Virus record (IMG/VR): IMGVR_UViG_3300042455_001458
Location: 1-36,650 of that record
Source of the DNA: a virus
Taxonomy: Duplodnaviria; Caudoviricetes
DNA length: 36,650 nt
Strand: one strand, 5' to 3'
The notes below the pieces were generated by a model, which was given only the letters and a program-made list of their open reading frames with translations, was not told the DNA's origin and searched no databases. The position numbers and the translations under genes are program-made. This document shows positions 9,026 to 17,300 of the stretch, in pieces (position 1 is the first letter of the stretch; the number at the start of each line of letters is the position of its first letter).

Positions 9026-9815
9026 AAAAAAAGCCTATCCCAAATGGGATATCTAGCGCCTCCGTTTCGCCTGTCAATTCCGATACAAAATTAAATTTCA
9101 AATCCAAATCAGGAGAAAGTTCCTTTACATGCGCTCTAAATGCTTTTGTATCCTTTGCTAAGAAAGAATTCATAATCCATTTATTAATAAACCCAGTATC
9201 AGTATTACCATCTACCGAAGTAATCATATATTTCATACGAGTTGTAACATCAGTTGAACCAGCTGCTCCTTTTGCTATCTTTTCCATAGCTTGAGTATCT
9301 CTAGTAATATTTTGCTCGTCACCATGAGTTAATAACTTAAATTCAATAACTTTACCATTTGAAGGTAATTTAAATTGATATCTATTTTTTGAATTTAAAG
9401 CATCTTCATCAATATCTTTGGTTTGTATCTTAGATAAATCAATATTGACTTTTTGTTTTTCAAAAGTAAATGGGTCAGTAATTTCTACTTCATAATCAGC
9501 CCCATATCCTAAAATACGAGTTGCTAATAAAATAGCGTTTTTATCACCAATTACAATATCATTTGGGTTTAATCCCGGCTCAACAACAACTGATTCAAAT
9601 AATCTATCCAACACTAAACCTTTTTTGATAAGATTTTGTGATGCTAAGATATCTTCTTCTCTAGCTGTCATATGTTTAATTTCAATAGTACCCTTTCTTA
9701 ATGGGTGTCCTTCAGGATAAACTAATCCTTGAGAAGGTAATTCAATTGTTTCCGTTGGGAAATCAAATTCTCTTTTTTGTGCAACCGGAGCTGCCGCAAT
9801 ATTCACTTCTGCCAT
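9012..9815 (-). CDS. T4 gp26-like baseplate hub assembly / tail assembly chaperone (267 aa)
   Basis: PTETIELPSQG...IKHMTAREEDIL... and a C-terminal ...FF motif; position between tube and tape measure. Confidence 0.8.
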   Translation of the reverse strand: MAEVNIAAAPVAQKREFDFPTETIELPSQGLVYPEGHPLRKGTIEIKHMTAREEDILASQNLIKKGLVLDRLFESVVVEPGLNPNDIVIGDKNAILLATRILGYGADYEVEITDPFTFEKQKVNIDLSKIQTKDIDEDALNSKNRYQFKLPSNGKVIEFKLLTHGDEQNITRDTQAMEKIAKGAAGSTDVTTRMKYMITSVDGNTDTGFINKWIMNSFLAKDTKAFRAHVKELSPDLDLKFNFVSELTGETEALDIPFGIGFFYPTT

Positions 9816-9843
9816 AACTTTTAAATGTTTTTAAGTTTGTATA

Positions 9844-9851
9844 TATAAATA
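9844..9851 (-). promoter_or_regulatory. putative late-promoter motif TATTTATA
   Basis: Same motif, between the tube terminator and the start at 9815. Confidence 0.55.
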
Positions 9852-9875
9852 CATAGAAATTAAAAAATTAGAAAT

Positions 9876-9906
9876 AAAAAAACCCCCACCATTTCTGATG
9901 AGGGTT
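9876..9906 (-). terminator. rho-independent terminator after tail tube gene
   Basis: Minus strand AACCCTCATCA-GAAA-TGGTGGGGGTT-TTTTT: stem with G-U pairs, GNRA loop and U tract. Confidence 0.8.
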
Positions 9907-9938
9907 GTCCTTCGGTAGCATCCGTAAGGAATATGTTT

Positions 9939-10427
9939 TTAGAATTCTAAGATTGCGTAATCCATTGCTAATGTTAATTCAATTGTTGCTGGTTCGTTTG
10001 AATCAAATGCTACATCTCCAAAGTTTGCACTTAGGATAAATGCTCCTTTGATTTTCCATTGTTCAATTTTATCACCAACTGGTCCTAACATATAGAAATC
10101 CAAGTCTTTTTTGTAAAAATCAGCGTATCCATCTCTACCAGTAATTGATTCATGTGATAATCTCACCCACTCCATTACCTTTTGTGCTCCAGAAGGAACA
10201 ATTGGGTCATAAAGAGTAATTGTGATATCTTGCCACTCACCTTTACCTTTTAATTTTCTCTTAACGTTGATGTGGTCTAACACAACAGGCTCAAAAGTAA
10301 TTGTTGGTCTTTGTGCTGCTTTAACTAAGTATGAATCAATACCATCGATTTGCATTACAAATCTATTTTTCATCTTAGGTTCGAAGTTCGTATAGAACAT
10401 CTTATCAAACTCTAATATTTCTGCCAT
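9939..10427 (-). CDS. tail tube protein (T4 gp19-like, 162 aa)
   Basis: FEPKMKNRF...GKGEWQDITITLYD...VMEWVR...YKKDLDFYMLGP.GDKIEQWKIKGAF...LTLAMDY; directly after the sheath gene. Confidence 0.92.
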   Translation of the reverse strand: MAEILEFDKMFYTNFEPKMKNRFVMQIDGIDSYLVKAAQRPTITFEPVVLDHINVKRKLKGKGEWQDITITLYDPIVPSGAQKVMEWVRLSHESITGRDGYADFYKKDLDFYMLGPVGDKIEQWKIKGAFILSANFGDVAFDSNEPATIELTLAMDYAILEF

Positions 10428-10478
10428 TTTTATTCCTTTTTATTATATTAATAAATATCTAATTCCTTTATTTTCGTA

Positions 10479-12806
10479 TTATGCTGTAAAACTTGCTCCA
10501 GTTGGTAAGATGTTGAAATCAATTACGATGAATTCAGCTGTCTTAGCCGGTTGTAAGAAAATTTGTCCTGCTAATATGTTTCTATCAATTACATCAGGTG
10601 TATTGTTAGATTCGTCCATTACTACTCTGAAAGCGTATAAACCTTGTCTTTGTTGAACTGCCTCTAAGTAAGGGTTCACAGTGTTTAAGAATCTTTGACG
10701 AGTTGTAGCGGTATTTTGTTCGAATACTAAGTAACGAGATGTTGAAGCGATAAACTTCTTAAGAACGATAAGTAATCTTCTAACATTGATTCTATCTAAA
10801 GCAGATGCCTTATCTTGCAATGTCTTCTGTCCGAATGCTACAATACCTTGTCCAGGGAATGCTGCGATTGGGTTTACTTTGTTTTCATATAGAGTATCTC
10901 TTTCAGAGTGTGTTAATCTATTCAATACACTAACTGCTCCACTAATACCACCTCTATTCAAACCAGCAGGTGCGAACCATTCTGCTGCTAATCTATCGTT
11001 AGAAGCGAATACAGCCGGCATCAATACTGATGGTGGAACTGAAGTTAATTTGTTTGTGTTGTTATCAACTGTCTTAACCCAAGGATAATAAGTTCCTACA
11101 TAATTTGAATCTACTGAATTTGCTTGCTCAGTTGCTTCAGTAATTGAATCATTATAATCGTTGAAATCAGCGATATAGAAACAATCTTGTCTATCTTCAA
11201 CCATATCAATTACTTTAGAAGTAACCGATGGGTGTAAGCTTCTTACAATACCAGGAGTTGCTACTAAGTTAATATCCCACTCATCAGGGTTAGATACAGC
11301 GTTAATTGCTTTGTAATAAGCCGTTGTACCTATTGATACTCCAGTTGAACAGTTAAATCCTTGCGTATTTGCTGCTCCCCATACACCAATATCACCAGCT
11401 TTAGCTTTTTTAGTTGTTGGGTTCATTCCATCATATCCTTTTTGGAATCCTAATACAAATTGTCTTTTAACCATATCAACTGCGGATGAACCAGTCATTT
11501 GATATGATAATTGAGAATCAAATGCGAATAATACGTTTGCTCCAGTTTCTGCACTAGCAGGAATTGGTTTTAAGTAATTCACATTATCCATATTACTAAA
11601 ATCAAATCCACTATAATATATTGGAGATGATGATGTGTTATCAGCCGAACCAGTTTGGTAAACTACCGGAGGTATTTCTCCTGCGTAAGTTGTGTTACCA
11701 CAATAAACAGGGTTTGTATATGCTTCATGTCCAAATGGTGCTGCTGATATTGGGTATGAACCCGCCTCAGCTACTTCAACTCTTATGTACTTTGATTTGT
11801 TTGAGTAATCACCATTTTCAGTAATCTTACCATCAGAATCAATAGTAATATATCTATCACCAATTCTTCTAGCTATATAGTTAGTAGATGTTGGGTCTAA
11901 GTTTACATTATTGTAAGTTTCAACTACACTCTTTCTCTTATCAGTATCAGAATAACTTCTAACAGTTACAGTGAATACAGAATAATCAGTTGCCCCATCT
12001 TCACCAGCTGCCTTAATATTTGAAATACCAATTTTATATTTTGTGTTATAAATATCACCATGTCCTAATGTATGGAATTTGAAAAGATTACTTCTTAAAT
12101 TGTTAGTATCTTTTTGAGAAACAATCCACGGAGTAATTGCTTGTGAGTATGCATCTGCACTACCACCTGTATAATCTTGCGTAGGTAATGCTATTCCACT
12201 AATTACAATATTACTAGTCACCGAACCAGTATAGTTACCGGCCATATTTTCATAATAATTAAAAACATATGCTTGCTTACTACCAAATGGAGATTCACCA
12301 AATACATCTGCTAAATCATTTGTATCAGTTGGTAAAATCGATGCCGATACCGGAGTTAAGAAAGATGCAGATAAGGCGAATGAACCATCTAATGCTAAAT
12401 TACTAGCAACAGTTGCTCCAGTAAAACCAAAATTTTGATATCCAGTAGATGTAGAGTATAATACTCCAATCAATTTAGTACCTAAAGATTGATTTTGAGA
12501 ACCACTAGCGAATATTGCTAAAGGAGCTACTTGAGTGTAACCTCCAGTTCCAGCTACTCTAACTACAGTTGCTTGTCCAGCTTCTTGCAAATATCTTTGT
12601 ACTGCATATTCAGTATAATAAGTTCCATCAGGTGTTCCGAAGATATCTTCAAATTCTGATTGAGTTCTCACAATGGTTGGAATGAATGCAGGTCCTTCTT
12701 TAAAAGGTCCTATAAATGCTGCTCCAATCTCTCCTACTCCTTGCGCTAAGAAGGATAGGTCATTTTCTCTTGTGAATACGCCGGGTGATACGATTCTTTC
12801 TGCCAT
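10479..12806 (-). CDS. contractile tail sheath protein (T4 gp18-like, 775 aa)
   Basis: N-terminal SPGVFTRENDLS...AAFIGPFKEGP; C-terminal YYPWV, WFAPAGLNRG, LYENKVNPI, GQKTLQ, RINVRRLL, FEQN, DESNNTPDVIDRN, PAKTAEFI. Confidence 0.96.
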   Translation of the reverse strand: MAERIVSPGVFTRENDLSFLAQGVGEIGAAFIGPFKEGPAFIPTIVRTQSEFEDIFGTPDGTYYTEYAVQRYLQEAGQATVVRVAGTGGYTQVAPLAIFASGSQNQSLGTKLIGVLYSTSTGYQNFGFTGATVASNLALDGSFALSASFLTPVSASILPTDTNDLADVFGESPFGSKQAYVFNYYENMAGNYTGSVTSNIVISGIALPTQDYTGGSADAYSQAITPWIVSQKDTNNLRSNLFKFHTLGHGDIYNTKYKIGISNIKAAGEDGATDYSVFTVTVRSYSDTDKRKSVVETYNNVNLDPTSTNYIARRIGDRYITIDSDGKITENGDYSNKSKYIRVEVAEAGSYPISAAPFGHEAYTNPVYCGNTTYAGEIPPVVYQTGSADNTSSSPIYYSGFDFSNMDNVNYLKPIPASAETGANVLFAFDSQLSYQMTGSSAVDMVKRQFVLGFQKGYDGMNPTTKKAKAGDIGVWGAANTQGFNCSTGVSIGTTAYYKAINAVSNPDEWDINLVATPGIVRSLHPSVTSKVIDMVEDRQDCFYIADFNDYNDSITEATEQANSVDSNYVGTYYPWVKTVDNNTNKLTSVPPSVLMPAVFASNDRLAAEWFAPAGLNRGGISGAVSVLNRLTHSERDTLYENKVNPIAAFPGQGIVAFGQKTLQDKASALDRINVRRLLIVLKKFIASTSRYLVFEQNTATTRQRFLNTVNPYLEAVQQRQGLYAFRVVMDESNNTPDVIDRNILAGQIFLQPAKTAEFIVIDFNILPTGASFTA

Positions 12807-12865
12807 TTTATTTCTACAATTTGTATTTTAAATTTGTAATTAAGAAAGTCCTATATAATTACCTA

Positions 12866-12874
12866 TATAAATAT
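12866..12874 (-). promoter_or_regulatory. putative late-promoter motif ATATTTATA upstream of sheath
   Basis: Same motif, about 60 nt upstream of the start at 12806. Confidence 0.55.
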
Positions 12875-12927
12875 AAAGAAAATGTCCAAAACACAAATTT
12901 GTTTATAAATAAGTGAATTGGACATTT
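12875..12927 (-). terminator. possible terminator / stem-loop between fibre and sheath operons
   Basis: AAATGTCCAA (12880-12889) and TTGGACATTT (12918-12927) form a perfect 10-bp inverted repeat, followed by TCTTT on the minus strand. The loop is large. Confidence 0.45.
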
Positions 12928-12953
12928 AAATTTAATAATTCTAATAATAAATA

Positions 12954-13358
12954 CTAAGCCCCACCATTACCATGAGGTCCATTATAAGTGGTAGGATTTG
13001 GTTTCCAAGGTAATTCATCTTCTAATAAATTAGAATAACTACCTCTTTTTGCTGTAATATCTCTAACAATTCTACTTTCAATATGGTCCCAATAATTTGT
13101 TGCTTTATTTGAACCACTAACAGTATTTTTAATCCAACCAATTACTTGCTCTTCTGTTAATTCAGAAAATGGTGTAAAACTACCAGTATTTATTGTATGT
13201 AAATCAAATGGAGTTGCACCATTAAATTCACCAGTAATACCATCACCAACTTCATCAGTTGCGGTTACAGTCCATTGTGTACCAATAATAGCATCGCTTA
13301 CATCAGTACTATTTCCTTTTCTAAGGCCTTTTATTTTCCATTCGTATGTATATCCCAT
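12954..13358 (-). CDS. small tail-fibre-associated protein (134 aa)
   Basis: YTYEWKI...FTPFSELTEEQVIGWIK...LPW pattern, typical of small proteins encoded after S74-bearing phage fibres. Confidence 0.7.
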   Translation of the reverse strand: MGYTYEWKIKGLRKGNSTDVSDAIIGTQWTVTATDEVGDGITGEFNGATPFDLHTINTGSFTPFSELTEEQVIGWIKNTVSGSNKATNYWDHIESRIVRDITAKRGSYSNLLEDELPWKPNPTTYNGPHGNGGA

Positions 13359-13380
13359 TGTATATTATTTTTTTATTTTA

Positions 13381-13668
13381 TTATCCTAAAGAACCACTAT
13401 ATGGAGTGAAGCCCAAATCAGAACACATTTGTTGAGCTAAATAGTAATTGCTACCACTCCAAGAATTTAATATATTGGTTGGTACTTTCCATTCACCATT
13501 TCCTAAATTTGTGTCTGGAACTGCTACAGACTCTCTATTAGGGTCTCTATATCTAAGTTCGTATCTAAGTACACAATCATCTTCATTCAAATCATATCGT
13601 AATATGTTAGTAAAGATTGTGTTTATTGTTTTACCCAATACATTTTTTTCTTCTACAAAAATAATCAT
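13381..13668 (-). CDS. hypothetical protein (95 aa)
   Basis: Co-oriented ORF filling the gap; ATATTTATT motif at 13683-13691 upstream. Confidence 0.7.
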   Translation of the reverse strand: MIIFVEEKNVLGKTINTIFTNILRYDLNEDDCVLRYELRYRDPNRESVAVPDTNLGNGEWKVPTNILNSWSGSNYYLAQQMCSDLGFTPYSGSLG

Positions 13669-13705
13669 CTTATTTGTTTTTTAATAAATATTAGTTTTTT
13701 CTAAA

Positions 13706-14305
13706 TTATGATTGTGGTGGAACACTATCAATATGCCCAGCCCTTCTAGCAGCAATATCTACCGATAATTCGGTAGCAAATGGACCAGAGCCAGCTGCTA
13801 TTGTATGGTCATCAATTACATTTTCATCACCATATAATTGAACTAATTTATCTTTTAACATAGCATATCCAAATTCAAAAATGTTATGATTTTCCAAAGT
13901 TGTCCAATCTGCAACTTTTAACGTAGTTTCAAAAGTACGACTTTGCATTTCTATTGAATTTTCAGTTACAGTATATGATTTCATTCTATCCCCACTACCT
14001 ATTGTTTTTGTTACAATAGCTGTAGTTGGTGTTTCTGTTGGTATTGTTACAGTCTTTACTATTTCTCTAGATAAATCAACTCTAAGTTCTTTACCAATTT
14101 CCAAACTCATACAAGTTAAGTGATTTGATTTTCCATATGTAGCAATATTAGAATCAGCTATAATAGCATCTTCTTTTGATTTATAAATATGAATATCAAA
14201 TATACATTCTCCTGTTTTAAGAACTCTATATTCGTTTATTCTAACATAAGCATTATTTGTTAAGCCTCTGTCAGTTCCGATTGGTGTGTTAATTGTTAAT
14301 GCCAT
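13706..14305 (-). CDS. hypothetical tail-fibre-associated protein (199 aa)
   Basis: Starts 3 nt after the fibre stop; MAL...G....NAYVRI...IY.SK pattern seen in genes following fibres. Confidence 0.7.
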   Translation of the reverse strand: MALTINTPIGTDRGLTNNAYVRINEYRVLKTGECIFDIHIYKSKEDAIIADSNIATYGKSNHLTCMSLEIGKELRVDLSREIVKTVTIPTETPTTAIVTKTIGSGDRMKSYTVTENSIEMQSRTFETTLKVADWTTLENHNIFEFGYAMLKDKLVQLYGDENVIDDHTIAAGSGPFATELSVDIAARRAGHIDSVPPQS

Positions 14306-14308
14306 AAA

Positions 14309-17300
14309 TTATTTGTTTTCTAAATCTTCTATTCTATCTAATAAATATTCATTTTGTGCTTTTAAGAAATTAATTTCATTTCTTAATTCTTTAACAGATT
14401 GTACAAGTACAGGTATTAAAGATTCCATAGCAAGTGTTAGTAATCCACTTTTTTCATCTGTTCTTACTAATTCAGGAAAAACACTTTGGACATTTTGAGC
14501 CGTAAAGCCCATTTTAATCTTAGTATCTTCTACATATTCCGGGTCTACAGAATGTATTTTATATGTATAATAGATAGGTGTTAGTTGATTTACTTTATCA
14601 AGAACATTGACAATTACACCATGTATATTTTTAACACTAGCATCAGAATAACCACTCCAACCATAATAATATGGATATAATACTACACCACCATATGAAC
14701 CTCCACCATTTAAACAATATACGTTGTTATATCCATCAGTTTGCATTACAAGGTTATATCCACCAGATGAACGAACATATAATCCAAATCCACCTAAAAC
14801 ATCTAAGTTACCATCAGCGTTATAATTTAGATTCACAAAATTACGGAATCTAGAAGCACCCCTTTGTACGTTAAATGCTACCCATCCATATGTTGTAGAA
14901 TCGAAAGAAGCACAGTTGTTAGGTCTACTATAATAGAATGTCCAACCAAATTGCTGATTGTAAATACCTCCATTACCACTTTCAAACATCAAGTTATTGT
15001 GATAACCAGAAGGGTCATTAAAGTTTTGTCCACCATATCCAGAACGATAGTAACCAAATGTTTCCCAAGGAGTATATGATGATTGGAAGTTGGTTCTAAA
15101 GTGTCCACCATAAGATTGTTGGTATAAACCACCACCGCCTTGGTTTCTAAACCATCCGTTTGCATAAACCTCTTGGAATGTAGGTCCAGAATCAGTTCTT
15201 ACGTTTTGATTCATATAGTTGGACATCCAACCCATATATCTATTCCAATAGTTTCCGTCTCTAGCCAATTGGTGAGATTCTAAACCATCTCCGCCATAAC
15301 GGAAAATATGATAACCATTTGCTAACGTTTGATAATATGTGTGAGCACTATGCCATTGAATTTTATTGTATTCACCAGTCCATCCACCAGAATCACTATA
15401 CAACATATGCCCTGCATTGATGTATATGTTATTAGCGTTTACAAAGTTTAATCTATTTGTAGAAGCAGGGTCACAATAATATCCAGTATTATCTCTATCA
15501 TAGTAGATATATGCTCTAAAATCATTTCCGTAAGTAATACGATACAACTCCATATGAGCGTTACCATATTCAATACGAATTTGCCAGTTACCAGAGTTAT
15601 TCAACATACCAAAACCAGAACCATCCCAATATCCACAATATCCTCTACTATCCGATTCATAGTTATTATACATTTGAATACCACCATAGCCATATCCACC
15701 ACCAGCTGATTTCCAATATCCATTATTGGTGTACCAGTGCATTCCTCTACTTTGGTTATAAAGTCCGTGTCCGTTTGTATTATTTCTAAACCATCCGTTT
15801 ACATATAAATCATAGAAAGTAGGATTCGCATCAGTTCTTACGTTTTGATTCATATAGTTGGACATCCAACCCATATATCTATTCCAATAGTTTCCGTCTC
15901 TAGCCAATTGGTGAGATTCTAAACCATCTCCGCCATAACGGAAAATATGATAACCATTATTAATTACCTGATAGTATGTATGTGAGCTATGCCATTGAAT
16001 CTTATTATATTCACCAGTCCATCCACCAGAATCACTATATAACATATATCCAGCATAAATGTAATGGTTGTTTGAAGCTACAGAGTTAAATCTAGCATCA
16101 CCTTGCCCACTTCCGAAATAGTATGCACTGTTATCTCTATCGTAGTAAATCGTTGCGTATGCTGCGTTTTCAATATATACAGGTCCACCAGCATACCAGT
16201 TAAGATATGTAGTATATCCGTTTCTTGGGTCTAAGTGTAAGTTACCATTTGTTGTTACAACAGATGCCCAACTATCTACTCTACCATTTGAACCAACATA
16301 TAAATAAGCTCCCCAAGTTGGGTTAGGTCCATGTAAAGTACCACCTCTAAATCTTCCAGAGTTACCACTATCATTTGGGTCTACATAATATCCACCATCA
16401 TTAGCATCTCTAAAAATTGTTGCGTATATAGTACCATCAGAACCAAAATATTTATTACCATTCCAATAATCCTCTTTCAATATTCTATACCCATTCATGT
16501 ACATCTCATTCACATTGAAGTAGAAGTTACTTCTATCAGTATAAATGTGAGCATGTCCAGAGTTTGCAGGTCCAAATTCTATGTATCCATACGGAGTATT
16601 GTGTCTATAACCCCAACTACCTCCAGCTAAATAGTAACTACCATCACCATAATCTATTGATGAAAAACGAGAACGTCCATTAGGGTCTGCAAAGAATCCT
16701 GTATTTTGTTGGTCATAGAAAATAGGTGCTCTCATATCACCATATGATATTGCTACACCATTTGTTGAATTTATTGAGAATCTTAAGTTATCACCACCAG
16801 TTGAGTTATTTCTTTGAGTATTACTTTCACCATAAAAACGGAATATACCATGTGCATTATTTGTACCAAATGCAATACCATCATAATACCAAATTTTATG
16901 GTAGTTATCACCTTCAGCTCTTACTATTAAAGAACCATCGTTTAATACTAAACCTATACCACCACTTTTACTATTTGCACTCATTCCTGCTGTAATAGGA
17001 CCTGATACATAAAGTCTACCATCGTGGTCTAATCTCATTTTAGCGGTACTCCAGTCAGTACTACTTACTCTTGATGTGTACCAATAATGTGAGTGGTTTT
17101 CAGATGCCGTATTACCAATACTTCTCCAATGTCCTGAATAATACCTTATATCATTACCATAACTACGAATCATACCATCATAGCTATCAACTATACCAAG
17201 CTCTAAAGAAGGATAATCACCAAGTCCACCGAATTTCAAACCAACAGTTCCGTTAGAACCACCACCACCTTGTGCATTTTGAATTCCTAAATACCATATA

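Noticed and set aside
8895-9033. -1 frameshift product of the chaperone gene (frame open about 45 codons)
   Set aside because: No proper X XXY YYZ heptamer in register, the peptide has no recognisable motif, and it ends well before the terminator, unlike the +1 frame.
540-12806. Bacterial eCIS / tailocin locus rather than phage
   Set aside because: The T4 gp26-like chaperone, giant S74 fibres, adjacent tmRNA, GATC avoidance and phage-like promoter motif fit a large phage better. Capsid genes are not in the window, so this is not formally excluded.
15191-16055. Possible diversity-generating retroelement TR/VR pair
   Set aside because: Both copies are in-frame in one gene, differences are largely synonymous and not adenine-specific, and no reverse transcriptase is in the window.
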